A stretch of 64,000 nt of DNA from Gammaproteobacteria bacterium (GCA_033852155.1 JAWSVA010000006.1:16843-80842); one strand, 5' to 3'; shown: positions 13,440-25,210, numbered from the stretch's first letter. Made by a program: numbers and translations. The notes: generated from the letters alone by a model not told the origin.

Positions 13440-15341
13440 ATGAATCTAGAGAAAGAATATCCATTGTTGGCGAAGATTGACTCTCCGGTTGAATTACGGA
13501 AGTTAAATCCTGAGCAACTGCAGGAGTTAGCATCGCAGTTGCGTCAATATATGATTGAGTCGGTATCAAAAACTGGTGGGCATCTTGCTCCAAGTTTAGG
13601 AACAGTCGATCTGACGATAGCTCTGCATTATATATTTAACACCCCGGATGACAAGATTATTTGGGATGTTGGTCATCAGGCATATGCTCATAAAATCCTA
13701 ACTGGTCGTCGCGACCAAATGGACTCATTACGCCAAAAAGATGGAGTATCTGGTTTTCCTAAGCGGGGCGAAAGTGAATATGATGCCTTTGGTGTTGGTC
13801 ATTCTAGCACCTCGATTAGTGCTGCATTGGGAATGGCTGTTGCTGCTTCAATTCAAGATCAGGAGAGACAGTGTATTGCCGTTATTGGTGATGGTGCGAT
13901 GACTGCTGGTGAGGCTTTTGAAGCATTGGACCATGCTGGAGATCTGAAAGAGAACATGATTGTTGTACTCAATGATAACAATATGTCTATCTCAGAAAAT
14001 GTAGGAGCCATTGGGCGCTCCTTTGCCAAGATTATCTCCGGCAAATGGTACTCCACCGTGCGTGAAGGCAGTAAAAAAGTTTTTCAGAAGATGCCGAATA
14101 GTGTGATGGAATTGGCGCGCAAGGCAGAAGAACATGTAAAAGGGATGGTTGTCCCAGGTACCCTATTTGAAGAGATGGGGTTTAACTATATCGGCCCAGT
14201 TGACGGACATGATCTACCGCAACTGTTACAAGTGCTTAAAAATATCCAATTAGTTGATGGTCCCAAGCTTCTGCACGTGGTAACTAAAAAAGGTTTAGGT
14301 TACGAACCAGCGGAAAAGAATCCAACTCAATATCATGGCGTAACGCCATTTGATCCAATGAAAGGGATGGTTAAAGGTAGTGAAACCGACTTAACTTATA
14401 CCCAGGTATTTGGTAAGTGGGTTTGTGATGCTGCCGCTCGTGATGCAAAAGTAGTAGCGATAACTCCGGCGATGCGCGAAGGTTCAGGCTTGGTTGAATT
14501 CGCAAACAAGTTTCCTAAAAGATTTTTTGATGTAGCGATAGCCGAACAGCACGCAGTTACTTTTGCTGCTGGGCTTGCCTGTGAAGGGATAAAACCAGTA
14601 TTGGCTATATACTCTACTTTTTTGCAGCGTGGTTTTGACCAGTTGATGCATGATGTAGCACTGCAAAATCTCCCCGTGTTATTTGCAATTGATCGTGCTG
14701 GCATTGTTGGTGCTGATGGTCCGACGCACAACGGTTGTTTTGATATCTCTTTTATGCGCTGTTTGCCGAATATGGTGATTATGGCTCCATCAAGTTTGAA
14801 TGAATGCGCGCTGATGTTAAATACGGGACTTAGTCTAAATGCTCCGGTGGCTGTGCGTTATCCGCGTGAAAAGATAGCAGGTGAAAAGCTTGAAGTTACA
14901 ACTCAGACTATTCCATATGGTAAAGCTGAAGTGGTTAACACAGGTAGTGAAATAGCTATCCTCTCATTTGGTTCACTGTTAAAAGAGTGTGAGCAAGTGG
15001 CTCATGAGCAAGGCTATACCTTGGTGAATATGCGCTATGTTAAACCACTGGACGAGAAACGTTTATTGCAAATAGCAGAAGATCATCAAGTTATCGTAAC
15101 GGTTGAAGAAAATGCAATTGCTGGTGGTGCAGGCAGTGGAGTAAATGAATTCCTGTTGGCAACTGGTAAAAAATTATCGATCCTCAACTTAGGCATTCCA
15201 GATCGATATATTCCGCAAGGAACTAGAGAAGAGATGTTGGCTGAAATCGGGCTAAATGCTCAAGGAATTAAAAGTGCAATCAATAGCTTCCTTGAAAGCC
15301 AGGATTGTAAAAATTGGTTACATCGTATAATATCCCGCTGA
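13440..15341 (+). CDS. dxs: 1-deoxy-D-xylulose-5-phosphate synthase
   Basis: [16 protein letters not shown]...NDN TPP-binding motif, [19 protein letters not shown]. Confidence 0.98.
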   Translation: MNLEKEYPLLAKIDSPVELRKLNPEQLQELASQLRQYMIESVSKTGGHLAPSLGTVDLTIALHYIFNTPDDKIIWDVGHQAYAHKILTGRRDQMDSLRQKDGVSGFPKRGESEYDAFGVGHSSTSISAALGMAVAASIQDQERQCIAVIGDGAMTAGEAFEALDHAGDLKENMIVVLNDNNMSISENVGAIGRSFAKIISGKWYSTVREGSKKVFQKMPNSVMELARKAEEHVKGMVVPGTLFEEMGFNYIGPVDGHDLPQLLQVLKNIQLVDGPKLLHVVTKKGLGYEPAEKNPTQYHGVTPFDPMKGMVKGSETDLTYTQVFGKWVCDAAARDAKVVAITPAMREGSGLVEFANKFPKRFFDVAIAEQHAVTFAAGLACEGIKPVLAIYSTFLQRGFDQLMHDVALQNLPVLFAIDRAGIVGADGPTHNGCFDISFMRCLPNMVIMAPSSLNECALMLNTGLSLNAPVAVRYPREKIAGEKLEVTTQTIPYGKAEVVNTGSEIAILSFGSLLKECEQVAHEQGYTLVNMRYVKPLDEKRLLQIAEDHQVIVTVEENAIAGGAGSGVNEFLLATGKKLSILNLGIPDRYIPQGTREEMLAEIGLNAQGIKSAINSFLESQDCKNWLHRIISR

Positions 15342-15379
15342 TATTCGTAATAATATTCCAAAGATAGGTTTTATATTTA

Positions 15380-16228
15380 ATGAGTCAAATGACCCCAGCT
15401 GAGTTTCTGTCAGCGAAGACAGATGCAGCAAATACTAATGCTACCCAGATAGAGGATGTCCAAAGTAGCGCAGATACAAGACAAGTAGCAATCAATAGGG
15501 TTGGAATTAAGGATATAAAACACCCAATTAAGGTTCAGGATATTGATGGAACCGAAGTTGCCACCGTTGCAAATGTGAATATGTATGTGAATCTTCCTGC
15601 AGATGTGAAGGGAACTCATATGTCGCGTTTTGTAGAGATTCTTAATGATAATGATAAATCAATATCAGTGGGGTCATTGCGTAGTATTCTACAGAATGTA
15701 GCTTCCCGTCTAGAAGCTCAGGATGTAATGGTTGAATTTAATTTTCCATATTTCTTAAATAAAAAAGCTCCAGTTTCGATGGTTAATAGTCTTATGGACT
15801 ATGATGTAACCCTTTTAGGAACAATAGAGGATGGTGCTGAAAACGTATATGTGAAGATAGTGGTTCCGGTTACTAGCCTATGCCCTTGTTCGAAGAAGAT
15901 CTCAGCGTATGGTGCACATAATCAGCGCTCCCATGTGACAGTGACAGTGAAGGCGCATGATAATCTATCTGTTGATCAGCTGATTAAGATGGTTGAATCA
16001 GAAGCATCATGTGAACTATATGGCCTGCTTAAAAGGCCAGACGAAAAATATATTACTGAGTATGCCTACGATAATCCAAAGTTTGTAGAAGACCTAGTGC
16101 GAGATATCGCAGTCAAGCTTAATGGTGATGATCATGTTGATTCATATAAGATAGAGTCAGAAAATTTTGAATCAATTCATAATCATTCAGCGTATGCTTG
16201 TATTGAGTTCGATAAGTTAGCAGGTTGA
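15380..16228 (+). CDS. folE2: GTP cyclohydrolase FolE2
   Basis: [32 protein letters not shown] and [10 protein letters not shown] motifs. Confidence 0.96.
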   Translation: MSQMTPAEFLSAKTDAANTNATQIEDVQSSADTRQVAINRVGIKDIKHPIKVQDIDGTEVATVANVNMYVNLPADVKGTHMSRFVEILNDNDKSISVGSLRSILQNVASRLEAQDVMVEFNFPYFLNKKAPVSMVNSLMDYDVTLLGTIEDGAENVYVKIVVPVTSLCPCSKKISAYGAHNQRSHVTVTVKAHDNLSVDQLIKMVESEASCELYGLLKRPDEKYITEYAYDNPKFVEDLVRDIAVKLNGDDHVDSYKIESENFESIHNHSAYACIEFDKLAG

Positions 16229-16434
16229 TTGTTAACTGTTTTACTTGTCGAACAGCTTGAAATCTTTTGTTATTATTTGTAAATATAGCGTCCCGTAGCG
16301 GCTTTTCGAAATTTTATATTATAAATACAGCATAAAAAGAAAAATAAAAAAGCTAAACTAGTATTAATAAATTTACGTTTTTCTAGGGACGTCGAAAAAG
16401 TATAATTGGACTGAAAATATGATCTACGCAAAAG

Positions 16435-17265
16435 GTGATGGCCTTTGCAAAGGGTCAAGAGGTTAATATGTCACTTCTGGAAGAGTTAAAACAGGAAGCG
16501 AATCATAGAAGGCAAGAGGAACTTGCCCAGCTTCGTGGCGTGGAAAGAAAAGAGCAATTCTATAGGGAGCATACGCTGCCGCGGATGATTAAGGTATATA
16601 ACTATCTTGATGAATTAATTAAAGCGATAGTTTATCTTAAACGTGAAATTTACACTTCGTACAAAATTGACGGAGTTGGTGATATAGATGATCTGCTGCA
16701 GATTGATTATAAGGTAGCTACTGATAGCACGCAGAATATGAAGCGTGTTGCAGTTTCATTCCGCTGCTTTAAAAAAGATATCATTGAATTTAATGTAAAG
16801 GGTGAAAAAGCTGTTGAGCAGCAAATTAGTTATCTACTTAGCCATAAGCTTGATTTTGAACAGAAGCGTAAGCGTACATTAAATGCAAGTGTTACAGAGA
16901 GCAGGTTTAAACTAAAATCATCAATCCCTGTGACCATCGCACTTGAAGTAAGTATTGAAAAAGCTGAACTTTATCTGAAAATATATAATTTTGACGGGCT
17001 TGGATTAAATCAAAGAACCATTAAAACTGAAGATATTGATGATAAGTTTTTGGATAAGCTAGGGCGGTATGTACTGCGTGAAGATGATAAGTTTTTGCGT
17101 CAGGAGTTATCCAGAGATGAGTTAACTCGCATCAGAAGAAACCTAGTTAAAGAAGAGAAGCGTAGAGCAAAAGAGCTTGGGGTTAGAGCTCGCGAGTTTC
17201 ATATTCAAGAAGAGAAAGATAACGAGGGTTTGCTGAAACGCGTGCGGACCAAATTGTTTAAATAA
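16435..17265 (+). CDS. Hypothetical protein (start may be the ATG at 16468)
   Basis: 276-aa ORF; SD-like GAGG precedes the second Met (MSLLEELK); no family recognised. Confidence 0.75.
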   Translation: MMAFAKGQEVNMSLLEELKQEANHRRQEELAQLRGVERKEQFYREHTLPRMIKVYNYLDELIKAIVYLKREIYTSYKIDGVGDIDDLLQIDYKVATDSTQNMKRVAVSFRCFKKDIIEFNVKGEKAVEQQISYLLSHKLDFEQKRKRTLNASVTESRFKLKSSIPVTIALEVSIEKAELYLKIYNFDGLGLNQRTIKTEDIDDKFLDKLGRYVLREDDKFLRQELSRDELTRIRRNLVKEEKRRAKELGVRAREFHIQEEKDNEGLLKRVRTKLFK

Positions 17266-17349
17266 TCTTTTCGATGTGAATCCAAATTAATTAAAGGATT
17301 CCTGCGCAAGTGGGAATTTTTTATTGGGCTAAAATATTTATTTTTTAAA

Positions 17350-18120
17350 TTATTTTTGATTCAAAAGAACTTTTTCTGGGAAAATTTCTAGGCCATTATC
17401 TAAAGAATATCGAGCCTGTTTGAAGCCATTATCCTCAATAACAACGCTACCAGTTGTATCATTCCAGTCCTTTAATACAAAACGGTCAAAGCTACTGGCA
17501 TCAGACTCGTGACGCCTGAAACCTTCTCTATGGATATGACCATGGATAACAGTATCCGCGTTATGTTGTTCAGCTGTTGCGAATAGGGTGTCAAAAGTAA
17601 CTTCAGCAGCTTGGTCAGAGTTTTTGTAGCTCTCTATGCTTGCCGCGCGAGCTCGATTAACAAACTCGATTCTCTCTTCAAATGGTTTGGATAAAAAATC
17701 CTTCTGCCATTCAGGATTATGCACCATTGCATGAAACTGCAGATATTTTTTATCATCAGTGCACAAAGTGTCCCCATGCAATAACAAGGTTTTATTACCA
17801 TTGATAGAGCTGCTGAATGTGTCTGGAAGAATTTTACATTTGGCTGCATTGATAAAATCATCACTGAGCAAAAAGTCGCGATTACCTTTGATGATAAAAA
17901 TATCTGTCGTCAGGCTGAGCTTGGCAAAAGCATCAATGACTCTTGGATAGTTATGCAAAGTGTCATCCCCAATCCAGGCATCAAATAGATCGCCAAGGAT
18001 ATAAAGGGAGGAAGCTTTAGAAGCAGCCTTATCAAGGAATGATAAGAAAAGATCAGTTCTTTTATTGTTTCTGATATCCAAGTGGATATCAGAAACAAAT
18101 AGGGTAGAAGTCACTGGCAA
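17350..18120 (-). CDS. lpxH: UDP-2,3-diacylglucosamine diphosphatase
   Basis: SDIHL, GDLFDAWIGDD, GNRDFL, HGDTLCTDD and HGHIH motifs; adjacent to ppiB and cysS. Confidence 0.95.
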   Translation of the reverse strand: MPVTSTLFVSDIHLDIRNNKRTDLFLSFLDKAASKASSLYILGDLFDAWIGDDTLHNYPRVIDAFAKLSLTTDIFIIKGNRDFLLSDDFINAAKCKILPDTFSSSINGNKTLLLHGDTLCTDDKKYLQFHAMVHNPEWQKDFLSKPFEERIEFVNRARAASIESYKNSDQAAEVTFDTLFATAEQHNADTVIHGHIHREGFRRHESDASSFDRFVLKDWNDTTGSVVIEDNGFKQARYSLDNGLEIFPEKVLLNQK

Positions 18121-18125
18121 AAGAC

Positions 18126-18785
18126 TTATTCAGCTTCTGCTACGGTAACTTCTTCAATTAAAATGTCGTCAACAGGAACGTCTTGGTGACCGCCAGCTGA
18201 TCCAGTTCTAACTTTTTCGATAGACTCAATGATATCTAAACCTTCGGTAACTTTACCGAAAACAGCATAGCCCCAACCCTGAGGAGTTGGAGATGAGAAG
18301 TTTAGAAAACCGTTGTCTTTAGTGTTTATAAAGAACTGTGAAGAAGCTGAATGTGGGTCAGGAGTTCTCGCCATTGCGATAGTGCCATGATCATTTTTAA
18401 GACCGTTGTCAGCTTCATTTTTGATATTATCGTGAGTTTCTTTTTGACCCATTCCTGGCTCAAAACCGCCACCTTGAATCATAAAACTAGGGATAACTCG
18501 GTGAAAGATAGTGCCGTTATAGAAGCCCTCTTTTGCGTAGTTCACAAAGTTCTCAACTGTTACTGGTGCCTTTTCAGCATCAAGCTCAAGAACGATAGTT
18601 CCCATATTGGTTTTCATATTTACAATCACTTTGGAAGCTCCTTTTTTTTCTACAGCTTTATTCATAGTAGTTTTTGCAGTATCTGCAGCAGGTTTAATCT
18701 CGGCATTTTTTGCTGCATCAGCAATAGCCAAAGATGAAACAAGAGCGAATATTGCAAAGAATAGTGTCTTATATCTTAATAACAT
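18126..18785 (-). CDS. ppiB: Cyclophilin-type peptidyl-prolyl isomerase with a signal-peptide-like N-terminus
   Basis: [20 protein letters not shown] and GYAVFG motifs; sits at the ppiB syntenic position. Confidence 0.88.
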   Translation of the reverse strand: MLLRYKTLFFAIFALVSSLAIADAAKNAEIKPAADTAKTTMNKAVEKKGASKVIVNMKTNMGTIVLELDAEKAPVTVENFVNYAKEGFYNGTIFHRVIPSFMIQGGGFEPGMGQKETHDNIKNEADNGLKNDHGTIAMARTPDPHSASSQFFINTKDNGFLNFSSPTPQGWGYAVFGKVTEGLDIIESIEKVRTGSAGGHQDVPVDDILIEEVTVAEAE

Positions 18786-18923
18786 TTTAAACCTCTAATC
18801 ATCAGATTTAGAGCCAAATAATACTTTTATAAGGGGAGTTTTGCACGTACCATTTTCGTTTATTCTAGGATTTAGGTAATATTGCCCCTTACGGCATTAA
18901 AAATAGAGAAGCGGAAAGATAAT

Positions 18924-20300
18924 ATGTTGCACGTTTATAACAGCTTAACCAAGAAAAAAGAGCCATTCCAACCATTAGAAGAGGGAAAGGTAAAAATGTA
19001 TGTTTGCGGAATGACGGTCTATGACTACTGTCACCTGGGGCATGCGCGTGCAATGGTTGTATTTGATATGGTGGTGCGCTACTTGCGCTATCGTGATTAC
19101 GACGTTAACTATGTGCGGAATATTACCGATGTTGATGACAAGATCATCGCGCGTGCAATCGAGAACGGTGAAGAGATAAATGCACTGACAGAACGCTTTA
19201 TCGAGGCGATGTATGAAGATGCAGATGCACTAGGTGTGCTGCGCCCGAATGCCGAGCCAAAGGCAACAGAGTCTATCGATCTTATTGTCGGCATGATTCA
19301 AAAGCTAATCGATAAAGGTGCTGCTTATCAGGCGTCTAACGGAGATGTATATTCTCGCGTTGCGAGTTTTAAATCCTACGGTAAACTTTCGGGTAAGAAC
19401 ATTGATGAGCTGCGTGCCGGTGAACGTATCGCTGTAGACCAGGTGAAAGAATCTCCATTTGATTTTGTACTGTGGAAGATGGCAAAGCCGGGTGAGCCGC
19501 ATTGGGATTCTCCCTGGGGCGAAGGTCGTCCTGGCTGGCACATCGAATGTTCAGCAATGGCATTTGATGAGTTGGGTGAGAGCTTTGATATCCACGGTGG
19601 TGGTCTAGATCTGCAATTCCCGCATCACGAGAACGAGATCGCGATGTCCGAGACCGTGACCGAAAAACCATTTGCTAAATACTGGATGCATAATGGCCAC
19701 GTTCGCGTTGACCAGGAGAAGATGTCAAAATCACTGGGTAACTTCTTCACCATTCGTGAGATTCTGAAAAAATACAAGGCGGAAGAGATACGCTTCTTCC
19801 TGCTAACCAGCGGTTATCGCTCACCATTAAATTACACCGAAGAGAATCTGCAGCAAGCAAAGCAAACATTGTTAAAACTTTACACTTCTCTGCGTGGTAT
19901 TGAAGTTGGTAAGGCGCCGGGGCAGTCTGAATATAAAGATCGTTTCATTGCCGCTATGGATGATGATTTCAATACTCCAGCTGCCATAGCAGTGTTGCAT
20001 GAGTTATCGGTTGAGGTTAACAAGGCGAGGGATGCAGGTAGTGATTCGTTCGGTGAATTAGCTGCAACCTTGGTAGCGCTTGGAAATGTTCTGGGGTTGT
20101 TGGAACACGATGTTGATGAATTCTTTCAAGGTGATGCGGATGGATTAGCTGCCGCAGAGATCGATGCGCTTGTCGCGCAGCGTAATCAAGCGCGTGCAGA
20201 TAAAAACTGGGCTGAAGCTGACCGAGTTCGTGACGAATTAAAAGAGCAAGGCATAGTGATTGAAGATGGCGCTGGTGGAACCAGCTGGCGTAGAGAGTAG
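18924..20300 (+). CDS. cysS: Cysteine--tRNA ligase
   Basis: [28 protein letters not shown]; ATG 18924 preferred over the ORF-track start at 18882. Confidence 0.98.
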   Translation: MLHVYNSLTKKKEPFQPLEEGKVKMYVCGMTVYDYCHLGHARAMVVFDMVVRYLRYRDYDVNYVRNITDVDDKIIARAIENGEEINALTERFIEAMYEDADALGVLRPNAEPKATESIDLIVGMIQKLIDKGAAYQASNGDVYSRVASFKSYGKLSGKNIDELRAGERIAVDQVKESPFDFVLWKMAKPGEPHWDSPWGEGRPGWHIECSAMAFDELGESFDIHGGGLDLQFPHHENEIAMSETVTEKPFAKYWMHNGHVRVDQEKMSKSLGNFFTIREILKKYKAEEIRFFLLTSGYRSPLNYTEENLQQAKQTLLKLYTSLRGIEVGKAPGQSEYKDRFIAAMDDDFNTPAAIAVLHELSVEVNKARDAGSDSFGELAATLVALGNVLGLLEHDVDEFFQGDADGLAAAEIDALVAQRNQARADKNWAEADRVRDELKEQGIVIEDGAGGTSWRRE

Positions 20301-20393
20301 TTCCTGCTTTTCTCTGGGAGCGCCGGCATAATGCTCGTTCCTAAACATTTTCCACTTGAGTGGAAAATTCATCTTTAGCAATTCAGAAAATTC

Positions 20394-21428
20394 CTCGTTC
20401 CCGTGCTTCGCATGGGAGCGCATTGCTCCTTTCTTATGCGAAAATTTACGGTTTTTAAACATTGTCCACACGTGTGGACAATTTGCTGTTTTGGGTAACT
20501 GTTTGATAAATAGAGCAATCGTATTTTTCAAAACTAGCTAAAAAGATTGTGCATGCGCAATCTCTCGTTCCCATGCTCTGCGTGGGAATGCATACGTTGC
20601 TTCAAATATATCTAGACTCTCGGGAATTCTGCAAATCTCAGTTGTGTTGGAAGGATGAACCAAATTGTCGTGCTTTTTGTGTTTGTGATAATATTGATTG
20701 CGCTGTATCAAAGTTTTAATGGGTTGAATTGTTACGGTGTAATAGTTTGCATGCCATGTTTATATGAGTAAAAAATCATGAAGAAAATTTTATTAGCAGT
20801 TAGTTGGTTAAAAAATCACTGGGTTTTGCTCGGAGCACTATCCACATTTTATATTTATCTTGTGGCTTTTATATCAACATTAATTTTTTATGGCGCGTTT
20901 AGTTTGTCAATATCGCCGTATTTTGATATTGCTGATTACTTTAAAATTCTCTTAAGAGAATGGGAAGTTTTTGTCGTTCCATTTTTTGGTGTGATTGGAA
21001 TTTATATGGCGGTTATTCTGAGAAAAGCAGAGGCTGAATACAATGAAAATTGTAATGAGGAAAGTCCAAAAAGATTTTCATTAACTTACCCTTTTGTTGT
21101 AGTAATTCTTTGTCTATGCTCTATTTTTCCTCTTTTTGCAGTCAGCCAGCAAGCAGATAAGATTAAAAATGGGGCTTTTATTCTTTGTGATTTAGAATTG
21201 AGAAATGGGAAAATAAAAGGTGTTTCTGTAATTGGAGGTACAAAAAATGTACTTGCTATATACGATAAAAAGAAAGGCTATGCAACAATCATAAATATGA
21301 GCGAAGTGTTAAAGGTTGATTACAAAGGACCTAGCGAGCAACTTGTTAAGCTTAATGCCAAGCGTAGGCAGGAGCATAAAAAGAGGCTGTAGCTTTTACT
21401 CGTTCCCACGCTCTGCGTGGGAATGCAT
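20394..21428 (+). repeat. Three copies of a 30-bp REP-like palindrome CTCGTTCCCAyGCTCTGCGTGGGAATGCAT (20394-20423 degenerate, 20564-20593, 21399-21428)
   Basis: Copies 2 and 3 differ at one base; each forms a TTCCCA.GC/GCGTGGGAA hairpin. Confidence 0.85.
20778..21392 (+). CDS. Hypothetical membrane protein
   Basis: 204 aa, about three hydrophobic segments, AT-rich, lies between two REP-like copies. Confidence 0.75.
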   Translation: MKKILLAVSWLKNHWVLLGALSTFYIYLVAFISTLIFYGAFSLSISPYFDIADYFKILLREWEVFVVPFFGVIGIYMAVILRKAEAEYNENCNEESPKRFSLTYPFVVVILCLCSIFPLFAVSQQADKIKNGAFILCDLELRNGKIKGVSVIGGTKNVLAIYDKKKGYATIINMSEVLKVDYKGPSEQLVKLNAKRRQEHKKRL

Positions 21429-21490
21429 GCAAAATTAAAAAGTGATTTCCTGGTTACTGAGAGTAGTTGATGGATGCCTCAATCGACTTT

Positions 21491-22345
21491 TTATTTATCC
21501 CGCATCTTCGCTGATTCCAGCGTATTCTCCAGCAAAGTGGCAACAGTCATTGGACCTACGCCACCAGGAACAGGTGTTATCCAGGCCGCTTTCTCTTTAG
21601 CGGTTGCAAAGTCTACGTCGCCAACCAGTTTGCCAGTTTCTAGTCTGTTGATGCCAACGTCGATTACGATTGCACCCTCTTTAATCCATTCGCCAGGTAC
21701 GAAGTTCGGCACGCCAACTGCAGCGACTACGATGTCGGCGTTGCGTACTTTTCCTTCAAGGTCTTTAGTTTTACTATGGCATACGGTGATGGTGCAGCGT
21801 GCAGCTAGTAGCTCTAGTGCCATTGGTCTGCCGACAATGTTGGATTGGCCGATAATTACTGCATCTTGTCCCACTAGATCGATGCCGATTTTTGCCAGCA
21901 TAGTCATGATTCCCTTAGGGGTGCATGAGCGTAGTAGCGGCATTCTTAATGCTAGTCTGCCGACATTATATGGATGGAATCCATCTACGTCTTTCTCCGG
22001 TAGGATGCGTTCGATAACTTGGTCGCCATCTATATGGTCTGGTAGTGGCAGTTGAACCAGGATGCCGTCGATCTCGTCATCTGTATTTAATTCATCAATC
22101 AGTACAAATAGTTCATCTTGAGTCATGGATGCTGGTTTGATAAATGCTTTGGAGATAAAGCCTGCAGCTTCACATGATTTTCTTTTGCTGTTTACATAAA
22201 CCTCTGATGCTGGATCGTCCCCTACTAAGACTACTGCTAGCCCCGGTCTGCGTAATCCTTGCTCGACTCTAGAGTCAACCTCAAGTTTGATTGATTCTTT
22301 TAGATCTATTGCGATCTGTTTTCCGTCGATTATTGTTGCGCTCAT
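21491..22345 (-). CDS. folD: Bifunctional methylenetetrahydrofolate dehydrogenase/cyclohydrolase
   Basis: [23 protein letters not shown] and [11 protein letters not shown] motifs. Confidence 0.98.
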   Translation of the reverse strand: MSATIIDGKQIAIDLKESIKLEVDSRVEQGLRRPGLAVVLVGDDPASEVYVNSKRKSCEAAGFISKAFIKPASMTQDELFVLIDELNTDDEIDGILVQLPLPDHIDGDQVIERILPEKDVDGFHPYNVGRLALRMPLLRSCTPKGIMTMLAKIGIDLVGQDAVIIGQSNIVGRPMALELLAARCTITVCHSKTKDLEGKVRNADIVVAAVGVPNFVPGEWIKEGAIVIDVGINRLETGKLVGDVDFATAKEKAAWITPVPGGVGPMTVATLLENTLESAKMRDK

Positions 22346-22536
22346 GGGGGTGTCCTCAGTGTTGGTTTTAAGAATATCAGAGGTTGATGGTCTTTATCTG
22401 TTGGGTGCAATTATAGCGAAAAATCATACTAAGTGGTGGATAATTTCGTAAAAACCATCTCTCAATAGAGGAGATAAGCTTTGATAGTGTGTATAATTCT
22501 TTGTATCTGGTATAGGTGGGAGGTCAAAGGGTATAG

Positions 22537-23958
22537 ATGCTAAATCTTATGGAGTGTACCCCGATTGCACAGTTTGCGATTGGTTTAGATCATAAGATCG
22601 TTTCTCTTAACCGCGCATGTGAGTTGTTGACTGGTTTCTCTGCAAAAGAGGTGGTTGATACTGATATGCAGTGGCGCTTGTTCTATGATAACCCACGTCC
22701 GGTTTTGGCTGACCTTATTCTCGAGCAGGATTTTATCGGTTTTCAGAAACTGTATGAAGGAAAGGATCCTGGTAAATCTCCAATCGTCCCCTTTGCTTGG
22801 GAGGCTACCGATTATTTTGAAGATATGGGTGGAAAGCCGCGCTATATCTATTTTTTAGCCGCACCTATCTTTGATAATAATAATATTATGACGGGCGCAG
22901 TAACTACTTTGCAGGACGTTACCGAGCAAAAGCTGCGTGAAGCATCTATGCAGCGCGAATCTAAACTGTTACAGCAAGAGAATACTAAGCTTAAGTCTTC
23001 AATCCAAGAGCGTTACCGTTTTAGTAATATCATCGGTAAGAGTTCTGCTATGCAGAATGTCTACGATATGATTGTCAAAGCATCTGCTAACCTTTCCGAG
23101 TCCGCTAGTGTGGTTATCTATGGTGAGTCAGGAACAGGTAAAGAGCTTGTTGCTAAAGCGGTGCATGATATGAGTTCTCGTCATGATAAGCCGTTTGTGG
23201 CGGTAAACTGCGGGGCAATCCCAGAGAATTTACTTGAGAGTGCATTTTTTGGTCATGCTAAAGGCGCTTTTACTGGTGCGTATCAAGCCAAGGCTGGCTT
23301 TTTAGATCAGGCTGATGGCGGCACATTGTTTCTGGATGAGATTGGTGAACTTGATATTAATCTGCAGGTAAAACTGCTGCGTGCTATTGAGGCTAAAGAG
23401 TACTCTCCTGTTGGGCAGGCTACGGTTAAAAAATCAGATTTTTGTATTGTCGCAGCTACAAATCGAGATTTGCTTGATGAAGTAAACAAAGGTGATTTCC
23501 GAGAAGACTTTTATTATCGAATCCATGTGATTCCTATTAATATTCCGCCGCTGCGAGATAGGAAGGAAGATATTCCTCTTTTGGTAGATCATTTTCTAAA
23601 AGGTGTGGGTCTTGATATGGGGGAGTCTCCTTTGCCGGGCAAGGTGATGGATGCTCTGTATAACTATCATTGGCCGGGAAATGTGCGGGAATTGCAAAAT
23701 AGCGTTAGTCGTTATGTAACTCTCAATACTCTTGAGTTTAGAGACCAGGTGGTTGTGGAATCAAGTGATGATGGTTCTAACAGCGGGGTAGCTATTGCGG
23801 ATGATGTTGGGTATGTCGACGCTATGGATAGCTTTGAACGCTCATATATTCTAAAAATGTTAAATGATGGGCGCTGGAATAGGCGGGCAGTTGCTGACGA
23901 GATAGGGATTTCGCGACGTACACTGTTTCGTAGGATGCAAAAACTTGGGATAGAATAG
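22537..23958 (+). CDS. Sigma54-dependent enhancer-binding protein (PAS-AAA+-Fis HTH)
   Basis: N-terminal PAS ([14 protein letters not shown]), GESGTGKE, intact [23 protein letters not shown]-terminal [14 protein letters not shown]. Confidence 0.96.
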   Translation: MLNLMECTPIAQFAIGLDHKIVSLNRACELLTGFSAKEVVDTDMQWRLFYDNPRPVLADLILEQDFIGFQKLYEGKDPGKSPIVPFAWEATDYFEDMGGKPRYIYFLAAPIFDNNNIMTGAVTTLQDVTEQKLREASMQRESKLLQQENTKLKSSIQERYRFSNIIGKSSAMQNVYDMIVKASANLSESASVVIYGESGTGKELVAKAVHDMSSRHDKPFVAVNCGAIPENLLESAFFGHAKGAFTGAYQAKAGFLDQADGGTLFLDEIGELDINLQVKLLRAIEAKEYSPVGQATVKKSDFCIVAATNRDLLDEVNKGDFREDFYYRIHVIPINIPPLRDRKEDIPLLVDHFLKGVGLDMGESPLPGKVMDALYNYHWPGNVRELQNSVSRYVTLNTLEFRDQVVVESSDDGSNSGVAIADDVGYVDAMDSFERSYILKMLNDGRWNRRAVADEIGISRRTLFRRMQKLGIE

Positions 23959-23964
23959 TCTCTA

Positions 23965-24055
23965 TGTGGGACAGATTTGTCCCGCAATGTAAAATCTCTT
24001 TATTATTAGTAATCTACAGTATTAGCTCGCCATGATGTGAGACATAAGTGTCCCA
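23965..24055. promoter_or_regulatory. Two palindromic upstream activator-like sites: GGGACA-GATT-TGTCCC (23968-23983) and GAGACA-TAAG-TGTCCC (24039-24054)
   Basis: Both share TGTG(G/A)GACA-N4-TGTCCC; centres are 71 bp apart, about 125 and 195 bp upstream of the predicted sigma54 start. Confidence 0.7.
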
Positions 24056-24143
24056 TCTGCATATTGGCGCGCTTTTATCGTTAGAAAAGTTTAATGATGA
24101 ATTTCATCAGATATTTCAGCAGTATATGGCTTCTTATCTATTG

Positions 24144-24160
24144 TTGGCACGCATATTGAC
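24144..24160 (+). promoter_or_regulatory. Sigma54 -24/-12 promoter (TTGGCAC-GCATA-TTGAC)
   Basis: Perfect -24 element with N5 spacing; -12 reads TTGA instead of TTGC; lies next to the activator gene and its candidate sites. Confidence 0.7.
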
Positions 24161-24236
24161 TAGTTATTCGCTGAATGTTTTTTAAAATATTCGGGCTAGA
24201 CATCGCAACATCGTTGTGTAGGAGCGATAAGGGTCT

Positions 24237-24491
24237 GTGAAGAAAATGATAGACGAATGCATGGTTGAGTTACTTGCTGAGTTGGATGCAAAAACAGTTC
24301 AAGTAAGTGAAACAGAGATAATTGAAGAGTGTGCAAGAAGAATCGGAGAAGAAAAATTACTTAATTTGAGCAAGGAGGAGCTCAGGCGCGAGATTCTGGT
24401 AGCCCTGGAGGCATCACCTCTATTCAGGAAAACCTATCTCAGGCCGGAGCGAGATGATCAAAATCTAAGTAAGTGTTATCTGGTCGTATAG
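24237..24491 (+). CDS. Small hypothetical protein, first gene of the predicted sigma54 operon
   Basis: 84 aa; AGGAG upstream of the GTG start; ends 37 nt before satP. Confidence 0.65.
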   Translation: MKKMIDECMVELLAELDAKTVQVSETEIIEECARRIGEEKLLNLSKEELRREILVALEASPLFRKTYLRPERDDQNLSKCYLVV

Positions 24492-24528
24492 TTGCACAGA
24501 TTTTATATAAGAATAGGAGTAAACAATA

Positions 24529-25086
24529 ATGAACGAAAAAAATTACGCCAACCCTGGGCCGTTAGGTTTGATGGGGTTTGGTATGACAACAGTTTTGTTA
24601 AATATCCATAATGCTGGATTTTTCCCTATTAGTGCAATGATATTAGCAATGGGTATATTCTACGGTGGTATAGCGCAGATCATTGCAGGTGTGCTTGAAT
24701 TTAAAAAAGGTAATACCTTCGGTGTTACAGCATTTATCTCTTATGGTTTCTTTTGGATAACGCTTGTTGCTTTGATGTTGATGCCAAAACTTGGTTGGAC
24801 TGAGGCAACTCCTCATGGGTTCATGGCTTGGTTCCTATTTATGTGGGGTGTATTTACTCTATTTATGTTTGTTGGAACACTCAAGGCGAATAAGACATTA
24901 AGATTTATATTTGGCTCATTGGCGGTATTGTTCTTCTTGCTGGCGATAAGAGATTGGACGGGTTCTGAATTGATTGGGCGCATAGCTGGGTGGGAAGGTA
25001 TTGCATGTGGTTTAAGTGCTATCTACCTTGCAATGGCTGAGGTTATTAATGAGCAGTTTGATTCGGCTCTACTGCCTGTTGGCTAG
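24529..25086 (+). CDS. satP: Acetate/succinate channel SatP (GPR1/FUN34/YaaH family), copy 1
   Basis: ANPGPLGLMGFGMTT signature, YGG..Q, SYGFFW; SD AGGAG. Confidence 0.95.
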   Translation: MNEKNYANPGPLGLMGFGMTTVLLNIHNAGFFPISAMILAMGIFYGGIAQIIAGVLEFKKGNTFGVTAFISYGFFWITLVALMLMPKLGWTEATPHGFMAWFLFMWGVFTLFMFVGTLKANKTLRFIFGSLAVLFFLLAIRDWTGSELIGRIAGWEGIACGLSAIYLAMAEVINEQFDSALLPVG

Positions 25087-25135
25087 GTTGTAAGATATTT
25101 GTTTAAGTCGCTCTAATGATAGGGCGGTAGCTGTA

Positions 25136-25210
25136 AAGAGTACTAGACCCCTGTCGAAGTTCATTACGCTCATGCTAGACCTCCCTGTAATGCACTTCGA
25201 TAGGCCTATT
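25136..25210 (+). ncRNA. Structured non-coding repeat unit 1
   Basis: AAGAGTACTAGACCCCTGTCGAAGTTCATTAC-[GCTCATGCTAGACCTCCCT]-GTAATGCACTTCGATAGGCCTATT; long stem with a 19-nt loop. Confidence 0.75.

Noticed and set aside
24064-24080. Second TTGGCGC as an alternative sigma54 promoter
   Set aside because: No TTGC-like -12 element at the required spacing.
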